NCBI GenBank assembly: GCA_023515725.1
Contig: JALDTO010000200.1
Span: 550,276 to 614,275 of the forward strand
Direction: 5' to 3'
Origin: Amoeboaphelidium protococcarum X5
Lineage: Eukaryota > Fungi > Aphelidiomycota
Length of the DNA stretch: 64,000 bases
Shown: positions 1-13,290 of the stretch, piece after piece
Layout of the letters: every line of letters starts with the position of its first letter
How positions within the stretch are numbered: position 1 is the first letter of the stretch
Position numbers and translations under genes: made by a program
Notes under the pieces: model-generated
Databases searched by the model: none
What the model was told of the DNA's origin: nothing
The model's input: the letters and a program-made list of their open reading frames with translations, nothing else

Positions 1-311
1 GCTTGTACCTGGATGATGGAGAGAGCGAGCCTTTGAAGAATTTGGACAATACCTTTGCCAACTTCCGCGTTGAGAACAAGAATGGCAAATCCTTCTCTCT
101 GATTGCTGATGGTCAATTCAACTATAACGCCTTTGGTAGATTGGATAAGCTGTATGTCTTGGGATTGAGTCAACGTCCATCTCAAGTTTTGTTGAACAGC
201 GAGAAGATTGAGGAGCAAAACTTTGTCTGGAATGGAGAGACTCAGGAATTGGTAATCAGCCATTTATCCATCAAGTTGGACCGCGCTTTTACAGTCCAGT
301 GGGAGTTGTGA
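1..311 (+). CDS. GH31 alpha-glucosidase-like protein, C-terminal fragment (5' end outside window)
   Basis: LYLDDGES motif followed by a beta-rich C-terminal domain typical of GH31 enzymes; ends TGA 309-311. Confidence 0.7.
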   Translation, partial: LYLDDGESEPLKNLDNTFANFRVENKNGKSFSLIADGQFNYNAFGRLDKLYVLGLSQRPSQVLLNSEKIEEQNFVWNGETQELVISHLSIKLDRAFTVQWEL

Positions 312-449
312 AGATTTTGAGTATTGTAATTAAGTATTTTATAGGAAATGTGTGGAGGTATGTGAAAGACATTAATAAGATTGTGGCCTGAAATAGTATA
401 CGATACTGTGCAATTATATTATTGTTTTGAAGAATACAGTACTAATAAA

Positions 450-2111
450 TCAAGCATATTCTTAATTATTGTTGTTGTATTATGATAAAGGAAGCGATTT
501 AGATGCGCCAATACCTTTGCCTTTCTTGTAGATTTGAGGCTCAAATGCCAGCTTTACTCCTTATCCATTTTTGCCAAGACCGCCAGTGCCACTCCATCCA
601 ATCTTCTTCAGCAACTATTCACCAGCATTCGCACCTTAATCACTTGAATTATCATTGACTTGGCCATCAAACTTCTCTAGTGTATCACTAAGGAAATCCT
701 TCGTATCATGTACCTCTTGTGAAGATTGACCCCGGATACTTTCATACGCTCCCCATGAAGAATAAGATGATGCATCAGACTATCTCTTTTATTTTTTGAT
801 ACCCCACTGTCGACTAATTTAGAATTCAGCTTAGTGGTTCGTCATCTACTAGCTTTATTTTCGCTTTATTATTGTTTAGCTCTACTCCTGCCTTTACGGT
901 TATAACTATTACTTTGGCTATGTAGAGAACTAACTGAACATTAACGCAGCCTGTTCATGATGATACTTTTACAAATCACTGACAAATTACTAAAATCTTT
1001 AGTTATGACAAGCAGAATCTCTGAGGTGAACTTCAAGATGTAGACGCGTTTAGAATCGGCGCTAACACAACACACACCCAAGATTACTCCAATTCACAAA
1101 TTGATCAACAGCAGGTAAAATAACAGCCAAATCCCCTTGAGAATTTTAATCTCCATTTTGTATTTAAATGGATTGAGACGATGATAATTAATCGAATTCC
1201 TGAGTTGTTGATGATCCTTAATTTGCCGCCAGTGATTCTAAAAACTGCTCGACATCTGCTTAATCGCTATTGTCCTCATACTCATACTCTGAAGCTTATA
1301 GCCCATCACCTCTAGCGCTACCTTCTTTAACTAATTCTTGTTATTAGCCTTAAGCTATCATCTAATCAGTAGAGATTTCTAACTTTTTAATGTAATACCT
1401 ATCACCGCAGTACTCAAAGCTATTATCTTGACTATTATTTTACTCAGTGACAAAACGATTAAATAAAGACTCAGCTAAATCCTCTTCAGCATGATAATAA
1501 CATTATAAAGGTAATACTTCACTAATGTGCAACTCAAAGTCACTACAAGATACTATATCGTTAAGGAACAAGTAATAAATATGACATCCTTCGACACTAA
1601 GCACCGCCTTGACTTTAAATGTACGCGCGTAGTATTCAAAATCAGACTCTTCCTATGATGATTATGATCCACTCAATTACAGCGCGATACAATGTCGAGA
1701 ATTGGGACGGCTTTATACATCTACAAGTCCCTCTAATATAACCTGTCCATCTACCGCATCATCTTAATCAACCAGATCACTCATTAAATCAATCTGCAAC
1801 CACTAACCTCCCAGCTTGAACCTACGATACGTTTATTGGTGGAATTATAACGCGGTGGACTCGGTACAAAACTTTAGTCTCAGACTCCTCTTTAATGTGT
1901 ATTGATTGCTATCTCCTACAGCGGTACTATGCTTTAACTAAGTACTCTAATTATAGCTTATATCTTCCCGGAACTGACACAAATATTGCATCTTCTCGAT
2001 TAATTTCTTCTACTCAGGAGGCAGGTTCAGCACTATAATCTAAAACTACTACTGGCGACTTTACACACAATCAGGAAAATAAATACACACTACTCTACCA
2101 GCATCTGACAT
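450..2111 (-). CDS. RBM5/RBM10-like RNA-binding protein (C2H2 zinc finger + G-patch)
   Basis: Start and stop in frame (554 codons) with TAR=Gln; WSNLGCVLCQRRFQTRLHLEVHLRDSACH zinc finger and C-terminal G-patch NAGEQLLKKIGWSGTGGLGKNGQG. Confidence 0.7.
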
Positions 2112-2365
2112 TTTTGAATACTTTGTAAGCACACAGAGGGAGAGAGAGAGAGAGTGAGAGCGAAGGGTAATTCTAATTTAGCGCCGCAATTATCGTTCAA
2201 GATTACACACTGGAGTTAACACTAAGGGAGGAAGCCGAATAATTTCTACATTGTGAAGAAAGCGCGCTCTATTCTATCAGGGGCACTCATTCCCTTTTAT
2301 TCTACTTCATGTTGTTGGCTTATTATATCGGCTCAATTAAGATTGATTAATACAATAATATCGCT

Positions 2366-3517
2366 ATGCATTCTATATAATGGTATGAGCTACCAGAGTG
2401 TCCTCACACTAATGCGAATGTCTAGGAGTTATTCCAAGAGGATATTATCAGTGGTGTATTAGATCAGAGTGATGAACTGTGCAATTATGATCAATTTCAA
2501 AAGACAATGAATTAATATGCGCAGTGGAAGAAGAAGATTCAGTTGATGGATATTTGCATTAATGAGAAGCTTAATAATATGTAGAAAGACGCGTAGATTG
2601 GATCTTACCGTGATCGCATTAAAGCGTTACAAAGTGAATTGCTCCGTCTGGGTAGCGAATCTCGATCATAGCGGGGATTGTTATCATCCGGTGGCGTCAA
2701 ATCTAGTAACACTTATAGTATTAATGCTAATAGAAGACTGACTATGCGTCCTGTTACTCCTGCAGATTCTGATCAAGAGCTCAACTAATTCAAGCGAAGG
2801 CCTACCATGCATGTAATGAGGTCTGATGATACGAGACTACACGAGTCTTCTCATACCACTAATTACGATTAAGCTGCTGTCAAATTTCCTGGTGGTGGTG
2901 TAAAATAAAGGCATCATGATCAATTGTCTGAGATGGCCATCAATCGATTGAAGCAATAGAATGCGACGCTCTTGTAATCTATTACTCAATCTAATCAGGA
3001 CTTGAAGGCAGTTTTGAAATAAGCCGAGTCCGCTCATAAATATTGTATTGATTACACTGACAAGATATCTCACGAGGAAATGGTTAAAAGTCTCACTAGT
3101 ATTATTTAAAAGGTGCAACTATTGAGTAATTCAACCTAGTAGTTATTATTACGATCAAGTTCTAGTAGAAAGTCAAGCGATGGCTAATAGCGCTCCTTTG
3201 ATCAGTAGTAGAATTCAAATGATAATTAAGAGCCCGGTGCTCATTTGGGATAAATCAGTTCGCTCCTGGAATAAATTAGGAGTTAGCCTAAGTTGAAAGC
3301 AGTCTCAAAGTTGTAAAATAGTAGTAATTCATCAAAGATGACGAGAAAGTCCATGTCATTGAAGAGTATTCAGCAATCGCTGAGGACTGCTCTACGACGA
3401 CAAAGACACGCTGTGTATGATTTACAGGATGAAGATGAAGCGATTCATACTGCAGGACAGGTGGTCGATGATTTTCATTAAAGAGAGCGGCTGTAGACTT
3501 TTGATGACGACTATTGA
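2366..3517 (+). CDS. Coiled-coil protein with C-terminal WH2-Central-Acidic (WCA/VCA-like) module
   Basis: 383-aa ORF with TAR=Gln; SLLEQIRSQPKLKAV (WH2-like), SIQQSLRTALRRQRHAV (C helix-like), acidic tail DEDE...TFDDDY. Confidence 0.6.
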
Positions 3518-3662
3518 TTTGATATAAATAAATGTATTTTAAGTTTTTATTTCGAAGATGATGGATATTGTGTCTAATTACTGATCAGCGTTCTTTCCTT
3601 TTTTGGAACTTTCTGAAACAGTCTTCATATTTATCGCCTAGTCAACAATAACAAGCATTGGA

Positions 3663-5301
3663 ATGTAATTCTAGTTGAAACATTTAGCTCCTATTGTAAG
3701 CGGAGCAGTAAGGAAAAATGGACCGCCGAGGAATCTGATATCAGCAACGACTGAGTAGACAGTGTGTCAGGCGCATGATAGTACCGCAGAGATGGTTGAC
3801 GAGGCTGTTGCTGCCGGTAGAAAGTATCTGGAATCCAACAATAATTAATTGAATGGTGCATAGCGAAGAGATTTACTCAACTCAATAGCTCTGAAAATGT
3901 AGTAGAATCGTGAGGAACTTGCATATCTTGAGACTATTTAAGGTGGGAAGACCATTCGGGATTCTCTATTTGATGTGGATGAATCGGTTGAATGTTTCAA
4001 GTATTACGCTGGTCTTGCTGATAAAATTTATGGTACAACGCTGGATCTGTATGATTTACCAGGCGGCGGAAGTGATGGAAAACGTATAAACAAATTGTCA
4101 TCAAGATCTTAATACCATCCTGTTGGAGTGTGTGGCCTTATTACAAGCTACAATTACCCGCTGATACTCACCAGCTGGAAGTTGGCTCCCGCGCTGTGCT
4201 GTGGTAATTCAGTCCTGATCAAGCCGCATCAATTGACTCCTCTCTCTGCCCTCTTCATGGGTAATCTTATTCAGTAAGTTTTGGGAGAAGGCAATAGAGA
4301 CATGGTTCATGTTCTTCCAGGTGGCGCTGATATAGGCGCTGCAATATGTCAGCATATGGACGTGGATAAAGTAAGCTTCACAGGTAGTGGCGGAGTTGGT
4401 CGTTTGATTCAAAAGTAAGCCGCAGACTCTAATTTTAAACGCGTTACTCTTGAATTGGGTGGTAAAAGTCCTTTGATTGTATTTGAAGATGCTTTCCAAG
4501 GAAGATCTTAATGGGAGAAGTAGAAAGTGGTGAGTGATATTGCGACTGCCATATTTGCTAATGCCGGATAGAATTGTTGTGCAGGTTCTCGTCTGTTTAT
4601 ACATGAAGCAGTGTATGATGAAGTTGTGGAGAGACTTGTGAAAGCTGCTAATGAATTGGCAATTGGAGATCCTTTATAGTAAGATACTGATATTGGGTCA
4701 ATAGTTGATTAGATTCAATTTGACAAGATTATGAAAATTATTGACAAGATTAAAAGTTCCGGCTCAGCAAAAATATTGACAGGAGGATCACGGCATGGAT
4801 CTAATGGCTACTTTATAAAGCCAACTGGTAAGACTGAGTTATTTTCATATAAATATTTTATTTGACAGCTGAATATTAAATGTAGTCGTAAAAGTTGAGG
4901 ATGATAATCATTTTGTGGCTAGAGAGGAAATATTCGGCCCAGTTTTGACCGTGTTACCCCCTTTTAAGACTGAATAGGAAGTTGTCAAACGAGCCAATGA
5001 CAGCGAGTATGGCTTAGCAGGTATGTATATTGTACTTGTTACTGAACATTTATAAAATCATTATGATATCTTTATTGTAGCTGGATTATGGACAAGAGAC
5101 TCTGATACAATATAGCGAATGTAGAGGTAGATTAAAGCTGGAACTTTGTGGATCAATTGTTACAACTACATTCATCCATCCAATTCATTCGGGGGTTTGA
5201 AGCAGTCTGGCTACGGACACGATCTGGGAATGCAATCAGCACTGACTGAATGGACATAGCCACGCGTCACATACTAATCTTACTCACTGTATTAACACTG
5301 A
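3663..5301 (+). CDS. Aldehyde dehydrogenase
   Basis: [23 protein letters not shown](Q)[25 protein letters not shown]; introns 4828-4885 and 5021-5080. Confidence 0.95.
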
Positions 5302-5417
5302 TTTATGAATGAGCTTAAATGATATAGTCTGATCCCTTTTACGTATTAATGATTGTTCAGTCTCAATTTTCTCTTTAGGCGCCGTTGAACTGAATTGTAC
5401 TGTAAGTTTTGATAACA

Positions 5418-7019
5418 ATGAAGCGTCCTTAACTGCATGATGATGGTGATGATGAGATTGAAAAACATTAATTGTCAAAGAAGAAGCTAAATATTGACAA
5501 CAATGTTGGAGATCATTTCGATTCCAATGTGAGCGCTAGCATTGTAGTTGTTAATGCAGATTTCAAGCCTGACTTGACTTAAATGCATTTTCGCAGTATG
5601 CCACATCACCCGTTCCTCACTGACTAAGGGACTAAAACTTTGACATGACTAGAAAAAGTATAGCTAGAGTCTTATAAAGATATAGCGAACCTATTGGTAT
5701 AGACTTATAGTTCAATTATGAGTTGTACGAGTGGATAGGAGAAAAATGCTGCCCATAATCTGCATCAATGTGGTATGCCTGTTGAAACATACCGAAAGGT
5801 GATTGCTTTGGTGGTGAAAAGCTCGGCGTGTCTTCCAACATCTCTACCTCTGTTAAGGCAATAAAAGTCATAGGCCATAGCTCTCTCTTAATTGCAATGT
5901 GCAGTATTAGTATCGCTAATGTTCTTTGGCTTACTACCTGACATGGTTGATGGCGATGATGTACTGCAGTTACCTTCTACTACTTCATTCGCTAAGCTTT
6001 TATTTGGCAAAGCTTATCCATCATCTATAGCTAAATTGTAGTGCATACTGAAATATTTAGATACCATAATTGATCTTTTAGAGTCGGATAATTACCCGCT
6101 GCGGCATATAGTATTTGAGAGGTCAGTTCTGACATCAAACGAAATATTAGACGTTGGCTAATACGTGTCACCGGAATCTTAATCATCGCCGTCTAGTATC
6201 CAATCTCTTGTTATTAATTTTGATAAATTTCAAGTGGTTAATAATGAATTGATTCAAGATTCTGGTAGCGATTGGATCAAGGTGGACTTTGCCAATGAAT
6301 ATATCGGTGGCGGAGTGTTGGGTAGAGGCGCTGTATAGGAAGAGATTTTATTTTGTGAACACCCAGAACTTTTAGTTTCAATGCTAATGTGTGAACGTAT
6401 GGATGATAATGAGGCTATTCTGATTAGAGGAGTGTCGCGTTATACCCGCACTAAAGGATATGCTTCATCATTGTAATTTGGTGGTTTGTATCACGACATG
6501 TCTCCATTAGTTTCATTAAGAGCGAAAGGCAATACTGTTTTGTTTGTGAAGGATGTTTAGTTCTGTGCTATAGATGCCATGTACTTTCATCAAGGGAGAG
6601 ATAATGTAAAGCCTCAATGTCAAATGAAATATGTCCAACGTGAATTGAATAAGGCATTCGCTGGCTTCTAAGAGTCGAACGCGATGCAAGATCAGGATAA
6701 AGGCATTGCTACTGGGAACTGGGGATGCGGTGTATTTGGAGGTGATATAGAGCTTAAGTTTCTTATCTAGCTAATAGCTGCTATCTTATCAGGGCGATAG
6801 AAATTTAAATATCATCAGTTTGATTCTAGTTACAATCTGTATGTACCGCTGGATCAAATGTACAACAAGCTGATGAAAAATCGCGTCATTGTGGCCCACT
6901 TATTACAGAGCATATTGCGATTTAATCAAGGCGCTATGGTCGACTCCATAACCAGTATAAAGAAAAACAGTAATAGCAGTATATTTAAGCATGTGATACG
7001 TGATTTAAATCTATAATGA
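5418..7019 (+). CDS. PARG: Poly(ADP-ribose) glycohydrolase
   Basis: VDFANEYIGGGVLGRGAV(Q)EEI signature and TGNWGCGVFGGD; 57-nt in-frame intron 5596-5652. Confidence 0.92.
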
Positions 7020-7075
7020 ATACAATTAATCATTTTATAAAGTCCCAGTCACTATCCAGGAATGAATGAATATCA

Positions 7076-7411
7076 TCACTTGCGATTATTCTGATCCTTC
7101 TTCATCTTCTAGTTGGGAGTGAAGCGTCTAGTATGGCTGAATTCACCCAGTCGGTGTCCAATCATCTCTTCAGTTACATGCACAGGTACGTAATTCTTGC
7201 CATTATGGACGTGGAATGTGTGATTGACAAAGGATGGGAGGATGGTGCAATTTCGCGCCGTCGTTCGCATCTGGAAAGTACTTCCTTTACTGTTTTTAGA
7301 GGTTCCTGCAGCAGCTGCGATACCTTCAACTGACGCGTTCTCCAGCTTTGGTAAATTGAAAGCCTTGAAATATGGTCCCTTCCACGCTGCCCTTCGTCCC
7401 AACAGAGTCAT
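7076..7411 (-). CDS. RSM19: Mitochondrial ribosomal protein uS19m
   Basis: [41 protein letters not shown]; reads through TAG to TGA at 7076. Confidence 0.92.
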
Positions 7412-7635
7412 TTTATTTTATTATCTATTGTTATTGCAAGTATAAGATTAGAATAAAGTGATTTCTTTACTAACGCGTAATGAGTTGAAGAGTTAAATTC
7501 TGTAGAGTTCCAAGCTAGAGAAATCTTCTCAAATGAAAATGACGATGTGAATTGAACACTATCACCGGCTATTGTAATTAAAAGTAAAAACTTAAGACAA
7601 GTATAATTAATCGTATAAGGATATATATATTTTAT

Positions 7636-8814
7636 TCAGATATTGTCGTTACTAATGCCGCGCTCCATTATCATGTTCTTGATGAAGTATTCACCAGCCT
7701 TGTAAGAAGATCTAACTAGAGGTCCAGATGCAACGTATTTAAAGCCCATGCTTTCACCAACTTTGGCCCAGTGTTGGAATCTATCAGGATGAACATACTC
7801 CACCACCTTCAAATGCTTCCTAGTAGGCCTCATGTACTGTCCAAAAGTGACAACATCAACATTATTCTGGCGCAACTACTTTAGTGCATCCATAATCTCA
7901 TCATCCTTCTCTCCCAGTCCAAGCATCAAACTGGTCTTAGTGATCAGAGATGGCTTTGACAATTTGGCGTGACGGAGAACGCTCAAAGATTACTTGAATG
8001 ATGCGCGTCTGTCTCGGACATATGGCGTCAAAGCTTCAACAGTCTCCACATTGTGCGCATACACGTCCAGTCCAGACTTGGCCACAAGTTCAACACAGTC
8101 CAAATTGCCTTGAAAGTCCCCAGTGAGGCACTCAACCAGTATAGGATTAGGCTACTCTTTAATCAACTGCACAGTCTAGGCGAAATGTCTCGCTCCACCA
8201 TCTGACAAATCATCTCGATCCACAGAAGTCAGGACCACGTAATCTAGTCCCCACTTGTTTATAGCTTCTGCAGTATGTTAAGGTTCTTAAGGGTCCAGTG
8301 GTGGAGGAGCTCGATTGGTCTTCACACTGCAGAATCGACATCCACGCGTGCACTCACTGCCCATCAGCATAATGGTGGCGGTGGCAGTCTAATGCTCTCC
8401 GCCACCCCAACACTCACCAATATTTGGACACTTGGCCTCTTCACACACTGTACTTAGATTAAGCGATCGCAGAGTCTACTTGAGATGACTGTAATTTTTA
8501 CCCACGGGGATTTCCGTCTTGAGCCAGTCTGGCAATCTTGTATGCTTAGCTCGTGCTCTCTAAGCTGGCGATTAGTCTAAAGTCTAAGAAGTATTATTAG
8601 TTTTGCCACTATTGCCACTATCATCGTCAGACAACTAAAGAGATTCTTCCAAAGACAGAGGCTGATTAAGGAAATCTGCAAACTATGGACCACTTTCCAG
8701 TTTCTTATTAAACTACTATATACCGTCCAATTATTTATTGGAAGAGTAGCGCACGTACTAATTTAAGACAATGTGCACTTTATTCTGTCTAATCTTGACA
8801 AGCGATGTTAACAT
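7636..8814 (-). CDS. LIP5: Lipoyl synthase, mitochondrial (radical SAM)
   Basis: [49 protein letters not shown]. Confidence 0.96.
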
Positions 8815-9412
8815 GATGACGTGTTACTGAATGTACTGTAATATCGATCAGTTAGTTGGTCGAGACAAAGAGGCAGCGGAGCGTGCCGAACACAAATAAA
8901 CGATCGTCGGCGAGTGAACGGGAACGATAGTTAGCGTGCGGCTATAATTATTAAAACAGCCGCTTAATGGGCGACAATTAGTTCAGACCATTAGTTCAGT
9001 CTATCACATTCAAATTTATGTTAACATGTCTGAAAATCGCGTCCAGGCAACTTTTGACATAAAGAATCCGAATTCCGAAACAAGATACCGGTACCAATTA
9101 ATCACAACTTCATCAAAATTGTACAGAAGACGCATATGAAATTTTTCTTCTAGTTCAAATTAGCGAACGAAGGCAGTAGAATTAACCACCATTAATCGGC
9201 GCTTTTTGAAATCTGTAGATGTGAAACTCGGGAATATACGCACGAGAATCGTCAGCAGTGGCGCAAAGTCGGACTAGATCGCGGGACGATCTTATCGCGA
9301 CTCATGAAATTTTGATCGATTGACGGATACTTCTCCACAATGGCTCGTGATATTTAAGCGATTTTACGATAGATTGATTTTCAATTTTATTATTTCTCCT
9401 TAATCACTGTAA

Positions 9413-11405
9413 ATGCAGAAGAATGATGATAGTGATGCACAGTAAGTTAACGTAGATTTTGATATTCTTATTGGGGGTCATGCCGGCCTGGGTCCTCAGT
9501 TCTGGAAGCCTGTCTAGAAAGCAAAGCCGCCTCCCGTTTCTAAAGGATGACTATGGATCCTCCTCCCTCTTGGGCACTAGCCCGTCGCTGTATCCGATGA
9601 GATAGTCGCGCAGCACTGGTCATTTATTAATAAGTCATGCACAATCGCGCTATGGTAACAATTAAAACGATGAATTGCCACAGGTGAAATCAGATTCTGC
9701 ATTGTATGAAATGCAGTCTTAAAGATTTTAGCCAAACTCGCGCGTGATTGGCTTTGAGATTGAAACTCAACGACAAGAACGCGTCGATCAGGGTCTGGGA
9801 TCAAACAATGATGAGCTTTGGTGTGGCGCTGCTGGCAGTACAAGTGAAAATATGTCTTAGTAATCGCGTTCCTCTGGTGATCCTCTGCCTAGAAGTATAC
9901 GTCTGATAAGATATTTCGCCGCATAGCAGAGAAGAAAGTTGGCGCAAGACCAAATGTTGAACATGCTGATTGATGGATTGGTTAAATGGACATTCTTTGA
10001 AAAGTTTTATCCAATGCCTTAGATACCTAGTGTCGATGAAGAGCAGAGTTATGTTAGAAGAAACAACTACATGAAAGTGTTGTAATCAATCAAAGTGAGA
10101 AAGCGATTCATCATGAGAAGAGCTAGGCGTTGGCTAAAGTCCTCTTCAGTACCTATGGCTAAGAATAAATATGATGAATTTCTTTCGGAATTATCGTTGG
10201 ATCTCAGTGTCCAGTCCTAGAATGACGGTAATAGTCTATCATCTTCTGACTTTCCTCCCCCATTGATCATTACCGAGCCAACTGCAGACTTTAAAGAGAC
10301 TATCAGCATTGAAGATGGTAATCTGAGACCCCAGAAGGAGGTGGCGTTCTGGCTTATTGAGATGAGCTTCCTGGAGGGTGGATTCTAAATTCCTGGTCTG
10401 AGTAATGCCGTTCAATCTCTGCATACTCTTGGTAGAATTGATATGCAGCTGGGAATGATGGAGTAGGCAATTAGGGAACTGCAGGAAAAGATGAAAGATG
10501 AAGATGATAGTGTACAGGCATCCGTGTTGATATTTAAAGAAATGCTGAGTTCATACTTGCTGCTGCATGATTTCTATATCAACTCATTTGTGTCCACTAC
10601 CTTCTATGATGTGAATGTGTTTAGTTTTCAGCTGCATCTACCGCTGATTGAAATTGTGCTTGATCTTGCAATGGCGAAGACTCTTCTCAGCTGGTTTGAT
10701 TATCTTGCGGATAAGGAGAACGTGATGACTAATCCTATATTGAAGTTTTTAATTCCAATGTAGATGAACTCGGACTTTGCATAATCTAACGGTAGACATT
10801 CTCTATAGAACTCTCATCCGGTCCCTGGTTAGCCAGATGAATATCCACATCTCACCTGGTTGAGGAATGTTTTAAACGGAAGAAGGAAGCCTGTCTAATA
10901 GGCAAAGGTGTTTATGGAACAATCTGAACAAGTCTCAACTCCTTTCATGTAGATTGAAGAAATAACCTCCAAGGTCCATTAGACCAAGGACAGTTAATAT
11001 GACATTCCGGTTGCGATGCTTAGTGGAATATCTGCTCTAGCATCAATGAGTAAAGGCGTCTCCCCGCATCTTGAAGTGTTTATGGATGATGTAGTTTAGC
11101 CTGCGTTGACAGTAGCCATTGCAGGTGCTACCATCTGTGTCACATTTGCCAAAATTATGCACCATCCTCACGATATTATGAGAGAAAACTACGCGTTAGT
11201 AGTGGCTGTCAAGGCGATCGAAATGGCTGAAGTGTTAAAACGCCACATGTTGCAATCACCTAGGACTCAGGAAGATTAGGCTATTTAAGATCGCGGCATA
11301 TTTCAGGAAGTGAAAGGATTTGACTACTATGGCGCTCTAGCTCAGAGACAGGCAGTTGAAGGCTTTAGAAGATACCGCACGCGACAGAGAAGGCAATCGC
11401 TTTGA
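9413..11405 (+). CDS. Hypothetical protein (~640 aa)
   Basis: Long TGA-free frame; probable 58-nt intron 9442-9499 (GTAAGT...CAG) restores frame from ATG 9413; no family recognised. Confidence 0.7.
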
Positions 11406-11587
11406 TTGGCCGTAAAGTTCTGATGGTTAAAATAATTGCCTGGAGGCAGCAAACGCACAATTAAAATTTACGAAACATTAATGAATGACCAAGAAATTAA
11501 TTAGAGCGAATATTCTATATATCATCCCATTCTTTAAAATCATAATGACTTTGACTCATCATCTTTGACAGCATGTGATGACGTAAG

Positions 11588-11656
11588 ATAAAGTGTGGGG
11601 AAGGAATGATATTCCGTTCTCGCGTTCACTCTCGCTTGTTATTCCCCACATTTTAT
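11588..11656. repeat. Intergenic inverted repeat (15-bp arms, one G-T pair, 39-nt spacer)
   Basis: ATAAAGTGTGGGGAA (11588-11602) pairs with TTCCCCACATTTTAT (11642-11656). Confidence 0.7.
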
Positions 11657-11684
11657 GAGATCGTTTACTTAAATAATTTATGAA

Positions 11685-13151
11685 ATGATGAAACGTGAGA
11701 AATAATTGACATTACCACACTCTCTGAGCTAGTAAACTCTACAGTATAATTAGATTGATGAAGAGACCGCCTTGCTACGTTCCTCCCAGGAATGTTCTTG
11801 CTCAAGTGGCAAAAGTAGCGACGAGACTTATGACCCATATATGGTAAAAGATGAATTTGTGCAAAACAGCGGGCAGTCAGCAAGACCCCGTAACTGGCTG
11901 AGAAGTCGTAACAAGTGCTGCAACCGTCTGACTAATGGCAAGTGTTGCTGTCTGGTGTTTGTCATTTGCTTTGTCCTGGTGTTCGTTATAGGTATCCCGC
12001 TGCTGTACAAGGTGATTATCCCGGCTGCAGTAAGGCACCATGTGAGCTCGTCGCCGGTCGTTCTTTTCAACGAGATCCGTTTGGACAAAGTTCACGCCCG
12101 AAACGAGTCAATCAGTGGCTGGCTTGATGCTTACTTGGAGAAGCCTGGTGTCAGGGCTCACTTCTATCCGTCTTCTATGAATCTGGCTATTAATCCTCCT
12201 GGTACTCCAAATGATGTGACGGGCTTGAAGATTGGCACCTCATTGAATGGCGCGTTTGATCACAATGGAGACAGAATTGTCATTGACTTTCCCATGGACT
12301 TTTACAACATTAAGAAGGCTCGTCTTCGGTAACTCATTGCTGGTGCTGTGGATTATATTGTGGATCAAGTATCATCTGATAGTAATGCTTAGGCATCAGA
12401 AGTTGGAAGTTTGTCCCGTAATGATGACGACGAATTAAAGTTTGCACATCCTGATCAGTGGAGAATGCATCTCGATGGGCATGTTAATGCTAAGCTATTT
12501 GGCGTGTACTTTACAAACATTTGGATATACTACAATATTCCTATTGTGAAAGGTGTCAAGTAGTACTTTGATTAACTGGACATTTAGAAAGTGAGCTGCA
12601 CTGCATTCAGTTTAGATAATGACGGTACAGTTGTTCCATGTGAATCTTTGATGGACATTGGTGATGATTCTCTTTTACATGTCGGTCGTAGTTTATATGG
12701 TTCTATTAGGGATATTTAAGGTGATGATGATGATGGTGACGACGATGATTAGTACATTAGTGTGATTAAAGCCAACGCCACTATATCAATGTATAATCCA
12801 ACTGTATTAGCACTAAACTTGGGCAAGATTAACACATCACTTACTTACTTTACCGATTCGGGATAGACTATTAAGCTGATTAAAGTGTATACTGAAGAGA
12901 TCAAGCTGACCGCTCATTAAAGAACGCAGATTGTGTCTCATGTTGAGATCCCGCTCTCTTTAGACTCTCTAGAATTTGTGTCCAAGTGGAAGAAGGGAGA
13001 TAAACTTAATCTCACCATGTACGGTATTGATATGAATGTGACTCATTACGACAATCAGCGTGTCAAGTGGTTCGAAAATCTGTTTAATGATGTCGTTATA
13101 CCTGTAAAGTTACCACCGTTCCCTGAGAAGAAGGATGAACTAGTAGTATGA
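11685..13151 (+). CDS. Type II membrane protein, Tag1/LEA-2-like vacuolar protein
   Basis: Acidic dileucine DEETALL, Cys cluster, single TM helix (LVFVICFVLVFVIGIPLLY), luminal beta-rich region with MYNPTVLALNLG. Confidence 0.6.
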
Positions 13152-13290
13152 GTCGAGAGGAGTCTTTTCAGTTTAGCAATGATGCTTGATTTACAAATTG
13201 TAGCATTTAATCAAAGAATATCAGTCGTATAAATCAAGTCTTTTTCCCCAATATACACTTAATGATGAAAGGCTAGCCTCACCAATATAT

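Noticed and set aside
5646-5648. In-frame TGA in PARG suggesting readthrough or selenocysteine
   Set aside because: It lies inside a 57-nt GTATGC...TAG intron (5596-5652) of typical size that preserves the frame.
11481-11744. Upstream exon plus a 162-nt intron hosting a box C/D snoRNA (ATGATGA...CTGA)
   Set aside because: ATG 11685 is already in frame with the gene, the C-D spacing is too short, and no convincing guide adjoins the D box.
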